59,607 bases of DNA from Flavobacteriales bacterium (GCA_947454395.1 CANGLG010000001.1:1-59607); one strand, 5' to 3'. Positions 46,408 to 56,784 are shown, numbered from the stretch's first letter. Numbers and translations are program-made. The notes: generated from the sequence alone by a model not told the origin.

Positions 46408-47538
46408 ATGAATGAGCAATACCTACAATATTTATGGAAAAGTAAAAGACTACCCTTTCATAAATTAAAATTAACAAATGGGAATGAAATTGATTTTATA
46501 AATCTAGGTCAACACAATACGAATGAAAGTGGACCAGATTTTTCCATGTCAATAATAAAAATAGATGATTTGACTTGGGCTGGATCTATTGAAATACACG
46601 TTAAATCCTCAGATTGGTATAAGCATAACCACCATTTGGATAAAGCATATAATAATGTTATTTTACATGTCGTTTATCAATATGACAAACCTGTAAAAGT
46701 TGATGGACGAGAATTACCAGTACTTGAATTGAAACCTTATATCGAAAATGACCATTTTCATCGGTACCAAAAATTCAACCGACATCATAAATTCAATTCT
46801 TTTCCTTGCAAAAATCATTTTACACTAAATGAAAATACACAATTGACGGAAATGATCAACTTGGGAATTATTCAAAGATTAGAAAGAAAAATCAATGAAA
46901 TTCAATCTTTGAATTTTAAAAATTCAGAGGAAGCTTTTTATTTCCTAATTGCAAAAGCCTTTGGAACAAAAGTAAACCAACAACCATTTGAACAAATTAC
47001 ATTTAATTACCCTTACAAGTTAATTTCAAAACTCACGACAGAAATAAAAATCGAACGTTTCATTAAGGCAATCATTTCAACCAATGATATCTATTTATGG
47101 AAAAGAAAAGGAATTCATTGTATTTCAAAACCTGAAAAAAGAATTCGTGAGTTTATTAATTTCATTTCTAATTTGGACCTTTCCTATCCTTTCTGGAATC
47201 TTCCAACCTCAATGATTATTGAATACTTTAATTCCAAGTTTTCATCAGCCAGATTAAATGGTAAAATGATCCAACAGAACATAATTATTAATGCTGTTTC
47301 TATTTTTCTTTATTTGAAGGGGAAAGAATTTAATAGTGATCAGATTTTAAATAAATCACTCAAAATACTTGAATTATTGCCACCGGAAAAGAATGTTATT
47401 ACAAGAAAATGGCATGATTTAACAATCTATCCACAAAATGCAAAGGAAACGCAAGCGCTTTTGGAAATTTATCAGCAATTTTGCACTAGAAAGAAGTGCC
47501 TAGAATGCGAAATTGGAATTAATATTTTAAACTCATGA
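46408..47538 (+). CDS. DUF2851 family protein
   Basis: N-terminus MNEQYLQYLWKSKRLPFHKL...GPDF...GSIEIHVKSSDWYKHNHH.D.AYNNVILHVVY is the characteristic DUF2851 pattern. Confidence 0.75.
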   Translation: MNEQYLQYLWKSKRLPFHKLKLTNGNEIDFINLGQHNTNESGPDFSMSIIKIDDLTWAGSIEIHVKSSDWYKHNHHLDKAYNNVILHVVYQYDKPVKVDGRELPVLELKPYIENDHFHRYQKFNRHHKFNSFPCKNHFTLNENTQLTEMINLGIIQRLERKINEIQSLNFKNSEEAFYFLIAKAFGTKVNQQPFEQITFNYPYKLISKLTTEIKIERFIKAIISTNDIYLWKRKGIHCISKPEKRIREFINFISNLDLSYPFWNLPTSMIIEYFNSKFSSARLNGKMIQQNIIINAVSIFLYLKGKEFNSDQILNKSLKILELLPPEKNVITRKWHDLTIYPQNAKETQALLEIYQQFCTRKKCLECEIGINILNS

Positions 47539-47774
47539 AACGATTTTTCCAAAAGATTATTTTCTTTTTTGAAATGCAATCGTATGGTGTCTGCGAATGG
47601 TGGGCTCAGAAATTAGGAATTAACTCTACCAAGGTGAGACTTGGATTCATTTACTTTTCGTTTGTTGCACTCGGATCGCCTGTATTACTCTATCTAATTA
47701 TGGCCTGGATACTTGAGCACAAACATTATTTCCAGTTAAAAGCGAAAAGAAAAAGATCAATTTGGGAATTATAA
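47535..47774 (+). CDS. PspC domain-containing small membrane protein
   Basis: GVCEWWAQKLGINSTKVRLGFIYFSFVALGSPVLLYLIMAWIL. ATGA overlap with the upstream stop. Confidence 0.7.
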   Translation: MKRFFQKIIFFFEMQSYGVCEWWAQKLGINSTKVRLGFIYFSFVALGSPVLLYLIMAWILEHKHYFQLKAKRKRSIWEL

Positions 47775-47783
47775 ATTAACTAT

Positions 47784-48665
47784 ATGAAAATACTCGTTAC
47801 CGGAAGCAATGGATTATTAGGTCAAAAAATCGTCAAGCAGCTTTCTAAAAAAAATATAGATTTTCTTGCAACGTCGAAAGGAGTAAATAGAAACATCGAT
47901 TGCGAAGAGGCAAATTATGTTGCAATGGATATTTGTTCTGAGGATGATATAGAAAAATTTTTCCATTCCTACCTTCCAACGCATATTATTCATACGGCCG
48001 CAATGACAAACGTTGACGCCTGTGAATTAAATCCGGAAGAGTGCAAAGAAGTAAACGTAGCAGCAACGCAAAAACTATTTGAAGCGGCAAAGAAAATAGG
48101 TGCGCATTTTCAATTATTATCCACAGACTTCATTTTTGATGGAAAAAAAGGAAATTATAAGGAAATTGATGAACCAAATCCACTGAGCGTTTATGCACGA
48201 TCAAAAGTTGACGCAGAAAATATTTTATTAGATGATGATTATCAAAATCATTCAATCGTTCGAACAATAATTGTTTATGGCATTGGAAATAATCTATCCA
48301 GAACAAATATCGTTTGTTGGGCAAAAGATGCATTGGGCAAAGGTCAAGAAATGAATATTATTGACGACCAGTTTAGGGCGCCAACTTGGGCTGATGATTT
48401 AGCTTGGGCTTGTATTAGAATTTGTGAACTCAATAAGCGTGGAATATTTCATATTTCCGGACCAGAAACGATGTCGATATTCGAAATTGTTGAAAGAGTT
48501 GCGACTCATTATAATTTATCAACAGCTTCATTAATTCGGACCGACAGTAGCACATTAAACCAACCTGCAGTGCGACCACCAAAAACAGGCTTTGATCTTA
48601 CAAAAGCAAGAAAAGAACTTGGATACAATCCAAAAACATTGGAAGAAACACTTGATTTATTATAA
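47784..48665 (+). CDS. rfbD: dTDP-4-dehydrorhamnose reductase-like (RmlD substrate-binding) SDR
   Basis: MKILVTGSNGLLGQ, STDFIFDG, YARSK (YxxxK), about 290 aa. Confidence 0.75.
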   Translation: MKILVTGSNGLLGQKIVKQLSKKNIDFLATSKGVNRNIDCEEANYVAMDICSEDDIEKFFHSYLPTHIIHTAAMTNVDACELNPEECKEVNVAATQKLFEAAKKIGAHFQLLSTDFIFDGKKGNYKEIDEPNPLSVYARSKVDAENILLDDDYQNHSIVRTIIVYGIGNNLSRTNIVCWAKDALGKGQEMNIIDDQFRAPTWADDLAWACIRICELNKRGIFHISGPETMSIFEIVERVATHYNLSTASLIRTDSSTLNQPAVRPPKTGFDLTKARKELGYNPKTLEETLDLL

Positions 48666-48720
48666 AATTTTTACATTAAAATAAAAATAGTAAATTCGTC
48701 ATTCATTAAAATTAAATAAT

Positions 48721-50244
48721 ATGGCAGGAAGTGTTTGGCGTAAAAAGCCTATGAGTGCATTTGAAGCGGATATGAAGAAAAGCGAATTAAAGCGCGTTCT
48801 TGGTAAATGGAGTTTAACTGCAATTGGTGTTGGTGCAATTATCGGCGGTGGAATTTTCGTGTTAACCGGAACAGGTGCTTATTATCATGCTGGTCCTGCT
48901 TTAGCATTATCCTTTGTAATTGCAGGTATCGCTTGTGTTTTTGCAGCTTTATGTTATTCAGAATTTGCATCAGTTTTACCTGTAGAGGGTTCTGCTTATG
49001 CCTATGCTTATGGTACCATTGGTGAAATTTTGGCTTGGATAATTGGTTGGGGGCTTGTGCTTGAATATGCAATGGGTTCAATGACAGTTGCCGTTTCATG
49101 GTCGGGATATTTTAATAAGCTGCTCAAAATGTTTGGAATAGTTCTACCAAATTGGCTAACTACTGATCCTGCAAGTTACACCGGTTCTGGTTTCTCAATG
49201 AATTTACCTGCGTTTTTAATTGTTTTATTAGTTGTTGGAATTTTAGTTAGAGGAACCAAAGGAGCTGCAAAAGCAAATAATTTCATTGTTTTATTGAAAG
49301 TTTCGGCAGTTTTGTTTGTAATTATTGCAGGTTTATTCTTCATTAATACGGCAAATTGGTCCCCATTTATACCTGACGTTAAAAAAATTGTTAGTGAAAA
49401 TGGTGTAAATGAAGCATATGGAATATCAGGTATAATTTCAGGAGCTGCGGCAATTTTCTTTGCTTATGTTGGCTTTGATGCTGTTTCTACACAGGCTGGA
49501 GAGGCAATTAATCCTAAAAAGGATGTGCCATTTGCGATTGTTGCTTCCTTACTTATCTGTACTTTTTTATACATTCTGGTTTCTTTGGTTTTGACCGGGA
49601 TGATGAATTACCAAGATTTTGATCCAAAAGGCGCTTATCCAGATGCAATAAAAGCTCCTGTTGCTTATGCATTTGATATTGCTGGACAAAAATGGGCCAG
49701 CTACATAATTACATTTGCTGCAACTGTTGGATTAATTTCTGTATTAATGGTAATGATTATGGGACAATCTCGAATTTTTCTTGGTATGTCGAAAGATGGA
49801 TTACTACCAAAAGTCTTTTCTCAAATGAACAAAACAACTGGGGCGCCACAGCGCAATTTAATTATCATTGGAATTATTATTGCAGTAGTTGCAGCATTTA
49901 CGCCAATCAACAAATTGGCAGATATGACAAGCTTCGGAACATTATTCGCTTTCTTGATGGTTTGCATCGCAGTTTGGGTTTTACGAGTGAAACAACCTGA
50001 TTTGCCGAGGTCATTCAAAGTTCCAGCACTTCCTGTTATTGCTGTACTTGGAATTTTAATTAATATTTATTTGATGTGGAATTTAAGTGTGGATGCTCAA
50101 TTACTTTCTTTAAGTTGGTTAGTTTTAGGTATCATAATTTATTTCTTATACGGACGTAGAAAAAGTAACTTGAATCACTATAATTTAGATGCAGCGATTT
50201 CGCATCATGATGAAGATCTAAGTCAAGAATTGCACGAAGATTAA
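48721..50244 (+). CDS. APC superfamily amino acid permease (cationic amino acid transporter-like)
   Basis: 12-14 TM. GVGAIIGGGIFVLTG and YSEFASVLPVEGSAYAY motifs. Confidence 0.85.
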   Translation: MAGSVWRKKPMSAFEADMKKSELKRVLGKWSLTAIGVGAIIGGGIFVLTGTGAYYHAGPALALSFVIAGIACVFAALCYSEFASVLPVEGSAYAYAYGTIGEILAWIIGWGLVLEYAMGSMTVAVSWSGYFNKLLKMFGIVLPNWLTTDPASYTGSGFSMNLPAFLIVLLVVGILVRGTKGAAKANNFIVLLKVSAVLFVIIAGLFFINTANWSPFIPDVKKIVSENGVNEAYGISGIISGAAAIFFAYVGFDAVSTQAGEAINPKKDVPFAIVASLLICTFLYILVSLVLTGMMNYQDFDPKGAYPDAIKAPVAYAFDIAGQKWASYIITFAATVGLISVLMVMIMGQSRIFLGMSKDGLLPKVFSQMNKTTGAPQRNLIIIGIIIAVVAAFTPINKLADMTSFGTLFAFLMVCIAVWVLRVKQPDLPRSFKVPALPVIAVLGILINIYLMWNLSVDAQLLSLSWLVLGIIIYFLYGRRKSNLNHYNLDAAISHHDEDLSQELHED

Positions 50245-50262
50245 TTAAACCAATCATTCTTT

Positions 50263-50294
50263 AGTCCTGCTTCAATGAAGTAGGACTTTGTTTT
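50263..50294 (+). terminator. rho-independent terminator between the two permease genes
   Basis: AGTCCTGCTTC-AAT-GAAGTAGGACT (11 bp, one G-U) followed by TTTGTTTT. Confidence 0.7.
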
Positions 50295-50297
50295 ACT

Positions 50298-51746
50298 ATG
50301 GGAAACAACTTCAAAAGAACATTAGGACTAACTGATGCTACAAGCATTGTAGCAGGTTCAATGATTGGTTCAGGTATTTTTATCGTTACAACTATAATGA
50401 TGCGTGATATCGGAGCTTCTGGATGGCTTTTGTTATTGTGGTTGTTAACCGGATTAATTACAGTGTTTGCTGCATTAAGTTATGGTGAACTTGCAGGTAT
50501 GATGCCTGGAGCCGGTGGGCAATATGTTTATATTCAAAGAGCTTATGGGAAAATGGCTTCATTTCTTTATGGTTGGACAGTGTTTTCTGTTATTCAAACC
50601 GGTGTGATTGCCGCTGTTGCAGTAGCTTTTGCTAAGTACACGGCTGTCTTTTTTCCCGTTCTAAACAATGTAATTTTCGAAATAGGTACTTTTTCAAAAA
50701 TTACTTACGCTCAACTTATTTCTATTGGAAGTATTGTGATTTTAACCATCTTAAATACAGGTGGAATTCAAAATGGAAAGTGGATGCAATTAATTTTTAC
50801 AAGTGCCAAATTGTTGGCTTTATTTGCTTTGATCATTTTGGGATTAATTGTAGGACTGAAAAGCAACACCTTTAGTGATAATTTCCAACACATGTGGGAT
50901 GCAAAACAAACCGTTATCGGTAAAAACAACCAAATTAATATTATCCCGCTTTCTGGATTTGCATTAGTAGGTGCTTTGGGTGCAACAATTATAAACTCAC
51001 TTTTTTCGTCTGATGCATGGAATAACGTGACATTTATCGCCGGTGAAATCAAAAACCCACAGAAAAACATTCCTAGAAGTTTATTCTTTGGGACATTAAT
51101 CGTAACCATCATTTACATTCTAGCCAATTTGGCTTATTTAGCATTGCTTCCAATTAATGGCAGTCCAAATGCAGCAGACCCGGTTGGGCAAGGAATTATG
51201 TTTGCTTTTGATGAACGCTTGGGTTCGAGTGCAGCTTCTGTCATTTTTGGCAACCTAGGCATTTTCGTTATGGCACTACTTATAATGATTTCAACTTTTG
51301 GTTGCAACAACGGTTTGATTCTAGCAGGGTCAAGACTTTTTTATGCCATGTCAAAAGACGGTTTGTTTTTTAAACATGCTGGAAAATTAAACAAAAATAA
51401 TGTTCCCGGAGTGGCCCTTTGGATTCAGTGTATATGGGCTTCTGTATTGTGTTTATCTGGAAAGTATGGCGATTTATTAGTTTACAGCACCTTTGCCTCT
51501 TTGTTGTTTTATATTTTAACTATTGCTGGAATATTTGTTTTGAGAAAAAAAGAACCAGATACAGAGCGTCCATACAAAGCATTCGGTTATCCAATTATCC
51601 CTGCACTCTACATTATTTTAACAACAGCAATTTGTGTTGATTTGTTGATTTACAATTCTATAAATGCGGGGATCGGATTGCTAATTGTATTACTAGGCAT
51701 TCCTTTTTATTTCTTTGCTCAAAGAAAATCAGTCAAAACCAACTAA
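50298..51746 (+). CDS. APC superfamily amino acid permease (second, different subfamily)
   Basis: 12 TM. GSMIGSGIFIV and YGELAGMMPGAGGQYVY motifs. Confidence 0.85.
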   Translation: MGNNFKRTLGLTDATSIVAGSMIGSGIFIVTTIMMRDIGASGWLLLLWLLTGLITVFAALSYGELAGMMPGAGGQYVYIQRAYGKMASFLYGWTVFSVIQTGVIAAVAVAFAKYTAVFFPVLNNVIFEIGTFSKITYAQLISIGSIVILTILNTGGIQNGKWMQLIFTSAKLLALFALIILGLIVGLKSNTFSDNFQHMWDAKQTVIGKNNQINIIPLSGFALVGALGATIINSLFSSDAWNNVTFIAGEIKNPQKNIPRSLFFGTLIVTIIYILANLAYLALLPINGSPNAADPVGQGIMFAFDERLGSSAASVIFGNLGIFVMALLIMISTFGCNNGLILAGSRLFYAMSKDGLFFKHAGKLNKNNVPGVALWIQCIWASVLCLSGKYGDLLVYSTFASLLFYILTIAGIFVLRKKEPDTERPYKAFGYPIIPALYIILTTAICVDLLIYNSINAGIGLLIVLLGIPFYFFAQRKSVKTN

Positions 51747-51751
51747 CTAAA

Positions 51752-52627
51752 ATGTCCGAACAAGATCCCTTGTATATTTCCAAAAGAAACAGAAGAGGAG
51801 TTGTTGCCCTATTTGTTGTCTCCTTTATTATTGTTTTCTTGCCTCGTCTTGTAATGAATTTAAAGCCAAAGGAATCAATTATTGTCTCTGAGGAAGACAT
51901 TGAATTACTAGATAAAAGACAAGCATTTTTTAAGTACAAAAGAAAATATAAGCATTGGGATTTCAAAAAGAAAAAATTCACTATCCCTCCCTCACGATTT
52001 AATCCAAACGACTATTCTAAAGAACAATGGATTGCTCTCGGATTGAGTGAAAAACAAGCGAATGTTATTATGAAATTTATAATTCGAGGTATTCACTCCA
52101 ATGAAGACTTAAAGAAAATTTTCGTTATCCCTGAAGCGTTATTTGATTTAATTAAGGACTCAACTGTTTATCCAATAAAAGATTACAAAAAAGAACTTGA
52201 AAAGGAGTTAAAAATAGATCATCCGACTATCAACTTGATGAATCTAAATAAAGCCAACATAGATGAATTCACTTCCATTAAAGGCATTGGGCCGTTTTAT
52301 GCAAAACAGATTATCCGATATAGGGACCAATTAGGCGGATTTTCTTCCAAAGAGCAATTGCTTGAAGTATGGAAAATGAATCTCGAAACGTATGATAAAA
52401 TAAAAGACTACGTTTTCATCATGAAAGGAGATTTAAAACAAATTTCTTTGAACAATACGAATATCAATGAATTAAACGCTCACCCCTACTTGAACTGGAA
52501 TCAATCCAATTCAATTATTAAATTGCGTGAACAAAGAGGAGGATTTAAATCCATAAATGATATCAAAGAATCTGTATTAATTGATGAAGAAACCTTTGAA
52601 AAACTAGCACCTTATATATCTTTGTAA
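51752..52627 (+). CDS. ComEA-like helix-hairpin-helix DNA-binding protein
   Basis: N-terminal TM anchor. Repeated HhH modules: ANIDEFTSIKGIGPFYAKQIIRYRDQLGGF and TNINELNAHPYLNWNQSNSIIKLREQRGGF. Confidence 0.75.
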   Translation: MSEQDPLYISKRNRRGVVALFVVSFIIVFLPRLVMNLKPKESIIVSEEDIELLDKRQAFFKYKRKYKHWDFKKKKFTIPPSRFNPNDYSKEQWIALGLSEKQANVIMKFIIRGIHSNEDLKKIFVIPEALFDLIKDSTVYPIKDYKKELEKELKIDHPTINLMNLNKANIDEFTSIKGIGPFYAKQIIRYRDQLGGFSSKEQLLEVWKMNLETYDKIKDYVFIMKGDLKQISLNNTNINELNAHPYLNWNQSNSIIKLREQRGGFKSINDIKESVLIDEETFEKLAPYISL

Positions 52628-52628
52628 T

Positions 52629-53159
52629 ATGAATATTGAAAAAAAACTAAAAGAAACGATCCGTGATGTTGCAGATTTTCCGAAACCTGGAATATTATTT
52701 AAGGACATTTCCACAATAATGCTAGATCCTCAATTATCAAAGGAAGTTCTTGCGCATTTGGTAAATCACTATAAAAACGAGCAAATTGAAGCTGTTGCCG
52801 GAATCGAAAGTCGTGGTTTTTTATTTGGTTATCCATTGGCGATGGAATTAGGTGTGCCATTTATTCTGATTCGAAAACAAGGGAAATTACCTTATAAAAA
52901 AATAAGTCATTCATACGACCTTGAATACGGAAGTGCAGTAATTGAAATACACAATGACGCTGTACAACCAGGTCAGAGGGTTTTAATTCACGATGATTTA
53001 CTTGCAACCGGTGGTTCTGCAGACGCAGCAGCTGAGCTTGTGAAAAAATGCGGAGGAGAAATCGCAGGATTTAATTTTTTAGTTGGGTTATCGTTCCTCG
53101 AAGGTGAAGAAAAATTGACAAAACATTCTTCAAATATTGTTAACTTAGCACGCTTTTAA
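52629..53159 (+). CDS. apt: adenine phosphoribosyltransferase
   Basis: FPKPGILFKDIS, GIESRGF, PRPP motif VLIHDDLLATGGSA. Confidence 0.95.
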   Translation: MNIEKKLKETIRDVADFPKPGILFKDISTIMLDPQLSKEVLAHLVNHYKNEQIEAVAGIESRGFLFGYPLAMELGVPFILIRKQGKLPYKKISHSYDLEYGSAVIEIHNDAVQPGQRVLIHDDLLATGGSADAAAELVKKCGGEIAGFNFLVGLSFLEGEEKLTKHSSNIVNLARF

Positions 53160-53170
53160 TACTTATCTCA

Positions 53171-54310
53171 ATGAATTTCGAATTGAACGAAAACCAAAAA
53201 ATGATTGCGCAAATGGTGCGTGATTTTGCAGAGAAGGAAATCCGTCCAAACATGAAAAAATGGGACGATGACGAAATTTTCCCTGTCGAAACGATGAAAA
53301 AAATGGGTGAACTTGGTCTTTTAGGGATTTTTATTCCTGAAGAGTACGGTGGATCTGGGTTTTCTTATTTCGAATATGCAACAGCATTAATGGAATTAGG
53401 TCGTGTATGTGGTGGAATCGGATTAAGTGTTGCCGCTCATAATTCTCTATGCACTGGACACATTTATTACCACGGTACAGAAGAACAAAAGAAAAAATAC
53501 CTCCCAAAGCTTGCCTCAGGTGAATGGATAGGTGCGTGGGGACTTACTGAGCCAAATACAGGCTCAGATGCAATGCGTATGAAAACAACAGCCGTAAAAG
53601 AAGGTAACGAATGGGTTATAAATGGGGCGAAAAACTGGATTACACATGGTTTGTCTGGAGATATTGCCGTTGTGTTGATTCGAACAGGAGAATTATTGGA
53701 TAGTAATGGAATCACAGCTTTTATTATAGAAAAAGGAACCCCTGGATTTTCAGCCGTTAAAATTAAAGAGAAATTAGGTGTTCGCGCTAGTGAAACGGCA
53801 GAATTAATTTTTGACAATGTACGTGTTCCGGAGGAAAATGTAATTGGTCAAGTTGGAATGGGATTCCGTCAAGCAATGCAAATATTGGATGGTGGTAGAA
53901 TTTCTATTGCATCCTTAAGCGCTGGTATTGCACGTGGAGCTTATGAAGCATCTGTAAAATATGCCAAAGAAAGAGAACAATTCGGACAACCGATAGCTCA
54001 TTTTCAGGCGATTGGTTTTAAATTGGCCGATATGGCAACGGAGGTGGAAGCAGCAGAATTGTTGTGTTTCCAAGCTGCTTATTTGAAAAACAATAAAATG
54101 CCTTTGACAAAGCAAGGTGCGTTTGCTAAATATTATGCGTCAGAAGTTGCAGTTAAATGTGGAAATGAAGCAGTACAAATCATGGGTGGATATGGCTATA
54201 CAAAGGAATATCCTGCTGAGAAGTTTTTGCGTGACGCAAAGTTGATGACAATAGGTGAAGGTACATCAGAAATTCAAAAATTAGTTATTTCACGAGAAAT
54301 ATTGAAATAA
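53171..54310 (+). CDS. acyl-CoA dehydrogenase (short/branched-chain type)
   Basis: GAWGLTEPNTGSDA, ...QFGQPIAHFQAIGFKLADM..., and catalytic-base region IGEGTSEIQKLVISREIL. Confidence 0.9.
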   Translation: MNFELNENQKMIAQMVRDFAEKEIRPNMKKWDDDEIFPVETMKKMGELGLLGIFIPEEYGGSGFSYFEYATALMELGRVCGGIGLSVAAHNSLCTGHIYYHGTEEQKKKYLPKLASGEWIGAWGLTEPNTGSDAMRMKTTAVKEGNEWVINGAKNWITHGLSGDIAVVLIRTGELLDSNGITAFIIEKGTPGFSAVKIKEKLGVRASETAELIFDNVRVPEENVIGQVGMGFRQAMQILDGGRISIASLSAGIARGAYEASVKYAKEREQFGQPIAHFQAIGFKLADMATEVEAAELLCFQAAYLKNNKMPLTKQGAFAKYYASEVAVKCGNEAVQIMGGYGYTKEYPAEKFLRDAKLMTIGEGTSEIQKLVISREILK

Positions 54311-54313
54311 TTA

Positions 54314-54343
54314 TTTGTTTATACTGAATTTATTGTATCTTTG
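54314..54343 (+). promoter_or_regulatory. putative rpsU promoter: -33 TTTG (54314-54317) and -7 TATCTTTG (54336-54343)
   Basis: Both Bacteroidota consensus elements are present with an 18-nt spacer. The -7 box is 35 nt before the ATG at 54379. Confidence 0.5.
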
Positions 54344-54378
54344 CTCCCCAATTTAGAAATTAAAAACTGAAATATATT

Positions 54379-54570
54379 ATGTTAATTATTCCTATCAAAG
54401 AAGGTGAAAACATCGAAAGAGCGTTGAAAAAGTACAAAAAGAAGTACGAAAAAACAAACGTGATGAAGCAATTAAGAAGTCGTAAAGAGTTCGAAAAACC
54501 ATCTGTAGTTCGTCGTCAGGAAGTAATTAGAGCTGCATACAAGCAAAGAATGCAATCTGAACAGATATAA
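54379..54570 (+). CDS. rpsU: 30S ribosomal protein S21
   Basis: MLIIPIKEGENIERALKKYKKKYEKTNVMKQLRSRKEFEKPSVVRR. 63 aa, highly basic. Confidence 0.95.
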   Translation: MLIIPIKEGENIERALKKYKKKYEKTNVMKQLRSRKEFEKPSVVRRQEVIRAAYKQRMQSEQI

Positions 54571-54590
54571 TTGATTGAATAATATTTAAA

Positions 54591-54621
54591 AAAGCTGTTT
54601 CGTTGAAACAGCTTTTTTTTT
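54591..54621 (+). terminator. rho-independent terminator after rpsU
   Basis: AAAGCTGTTTC-GTT-GAAACAGCTTT (11-bp perfect stem) running into a T9 tract. Confidence 0.85.
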
Positions 54622-54687
54622 GCGCCAAATACGAGTAAGAATTTCAAGTTGCATTCTGGCAAATTAAAAATCCACTAAACTATTCTA

Positions 54688-55254
54688 TTAGTCTAAAAGT
54701 AAATCGGCATCAATCCCTTCGTTTTGATCCTTTACAAACAATGCAATCTCACTAATTATTTGATTTTTCCTATCATCTGAATTTGTATTATTTTCTGCAA
54801 ACTCTTTAAGATGCAATTGAGCCTCCAATAATTGACTTTCAGAAAATGGTCCCATCATATTTTCTATGACGGTTAGACAATCAAGGGCAATTAAGTAATC
54901 ACCTTCAATCGAAACTTCAACAAAATCAGCTAAATAATCTGAAAAATCCAGTTTGCTATTCCATAAAACACCTAGGATTTTTTTCAAATCATCAGGATTT
55001 TCTTCTTTTTTCAATTCTTTAATAAACACTTCAGTTGCATCCGAAATTTGAATATCTGCAAGCAAATCTTTTAACTGTTTTTGAATATTTAAATCTTGAT
55101 TGTTTTTCAATACTAAAACCAAAATCGGGATTATTGAAATGTCACCAATGTTTGCTATTTCCGTAATTGCTGCTGTAATTTTTGACGTTGAATCGGATTT
55201 TAAATCTAATACCAATTGATTCAATTTATTCTTTTGTGATTTGTTGTCTGCCAC
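54688..55254 (-). CDS. hypothetical helical-repeat protein; start codon uncertain (no N-terminal ATG)
   Basis: The ORF is open from 55278 (TTG) and the first ATG is about 130 codons in. A -33/-7 promoter pair lies at 55299-55267, which leaves GTG at 55254 or the TTG codons at 55224 and 55215 as possible starts. Confidence 0.5.
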   Translation of the reverse strand: MADNKSQKNKLNQLVLDLKSDSTSKITAAITEIANIGDISIIPILVLVLKNNQDLNIQKQLKDLLADIQISDATEVFIKELKKEENPDDLKKILGVLWNSKLDFSDYLADFVEVSIEGDYLIALDCLTVIENMMGPFSESQLLEAQLHLKEFAENNTNSDDRKNQIISEIALFVKDQNEGIDADLLLD

Positions 55255-55266
55255 CGCTTTTTTTGG

Positions 55267-55299
55267 CAAAAATAGCAATTAATAAAGATTGGTGTCAAA
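55267..55299 (-). promoter_or_regulatory. putative promoter: -33 TTTG (55299-55296) and -7 TATTTTTG (55274-55267)
   Basis: The minus strand reads GATTTTGACACCAATCTTTATTAATTGCTATTTTTGCC, with a 21-nt spacer. Confidence 0.45.
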
Positions 55300-55370
55300 A
55301 TCAAACTATGCCACAGCTCAATTTGTTAATCTGTTGCAAAAACTGAAACTAATTTAGACTAAAAATAAAA

Positions 55371-55826
55371 TTAATAATCCTTGCTTTTAGAGTCTAATAG
55401 AATTGTAACAGGGCCATCATTTACCAGGCTTACCTGCATGTCGGCACCAAATTCTCCTGTTTGAATCGGAATTTCAAAATCCTTTTGTAACTCGTCAATG
55501 AAATAATGGTAAAGGGGTATTGCTTGTTCAGGTCTTGCCGCCCGGATGTAACTCGGACGATTGCCTTTTTTTGTTGCCGCATGAAGCGTAAATTGACTGA
55601 CTATTAGTATTTCTCCATGAACGTCTAAAACAGACAGATTCATTTTTCCCTCATCGTCACTAAAAATGCGGAGATTTAATAATTTCTTTACTAAGTAATC
55701 AGCATCTGAAGAATCATCTTCCGTTTCAATTCCCAAAAGCACCAAGAAACCTTTGCCAATCTTAGACTTTTCTTTTCCGTGAAAAGATACAGATGCATTT
55801 GATACGCGCTGAACAACAATTCTCAT
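55371..55826 (-). CDS. dtd: D-aminoacyl-tRNA deacylase
   Basis: MRIVVQRVSNASV, SQFTLHA, NDGPVTILL. ATGA overlap with the rsgA stop. Confidence 0.95.
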   Translation of the reverse strand: MRIVVQRVSNASVSFHGKEKSKIGKGFLVLLGIETEDDSSDADYLVKKLLNLRIFSDDEGKMNLSVLDVHGEILIVSQFTLHAATKKGNRPSYIRAARPEQAIPLYHYFIDELQKDFEIPIQTGEFGADMQVSLVNDGPVTILLDSKSKDY

Positions 55827-56758
55827 ACAAATTCATTTCTTCGATATGGATCATTCGGATCCTCATACATCAATTGCAAATAACTTTGATAGCGTGATTC
55901 TGAGATATCGCCCTGTTCGACTGCACTTTTTATTGCACAATGAGGCTCATTAAGGTGTTTGCAATTGTGAAAACGACATTCACCAATCAGTTCCCTCATT
56001 TCTGGAAAATAATCTTTAAAATGCTCTTTATCTAAGTCAACCAAACCGAAGGCACGAATTCCAGGAGTATCTATGATATAACCACCCGATTGCAGAGCAT
56101 GCATTTCAGCAAATGTCGTAGTATGTTTTCCTTGTTCATGCACTTGTGAAATTTCACCTGTTCGTAGATTTAAAGAAGGGTCCAGCGCATTTACCAAGGT
56201 TGTTTTGCCAACACCGCTATTTCCAGAAATCATTACTTGTTTGTCTTTTATTTCATTTCTCAAAAACGCAACACTTGCTTCGTCTTGCGCTGAAATAGGA
56301 TAACAAGGATAACCAATTTCAGAATAAATTTCGGTCAATTCAATCATGATTTGCTTCTCCCGTTCTCCGTACAAATCTACTTTATTAAAAAGTAAAGTGG
56401 TCGGAATGCGAAATGATTCAGCAGCTACTAAAAATCGATCTATAAATGCAATTTGGGTTATTGGTGATTTCAATGTCACAATTAAATAAGCGCGGTCGAT
56501 ATTTGCCGCTAATATTTGCATCTGTTTACTAAGATTTGTTGACTTTCGAACGATGTAATTTCGCCTCGGCAATATCGATTTTATGGTGTAATCCTCCAAA
56601 CCGAAATCCATTTCAACCTCATCTCCAGAAGCAACAGGATTAGTTGTTTTTAATCCGTCTATTCTTAATTTTCCCTTAATTGAGGCCGTAACTATTTGTT
56701 TTGATTCCAATTGTACATTGTACCATCTTCCTGTAGATTTTAGAACCAGCCCCTTCAT
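55823..56758 (-). CDS. rsgA: ribosome small subunit-dependent GTPase A
   Basis: Circularly permuted GTPase: LFNKVDL, then GNSGVGKTTLVNAL. C-terminal zinc knuckle CRFHNCKHLNEPHCAI. Confidence 0.95.
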   Translation of the reverse strand: MKGLVLKSTGRWYNVQLESKQIVTASIKGKLRIDGLKTTNPVASGDEVEMDFGLEDYTIKSILPRRNYIVRKSTNLSKQMQILAANIDRAYLIVTLKSPITQIAFIDRFLVAAESFRIPTTLLFNKVDLYGEREKQIMIELTEIYSEIGYPCYPISAQDEASVAFLRNEIKDKQVMISGNSGVGKTTLVNALDPSLNLRTGEISQVHEQGKHTTTFAEMHALQSGGYIIDTPGIRAFGLVDLDKEHFKDYFPEMRELIGECRFHNCKHLNEPHCAIKSAVEQGDISESRYQSYLQLMYEDPNDPYRRNEFV

Positions 56759-56784
56759 GAATTTCTTTTCAGTAAAACTAAAAA

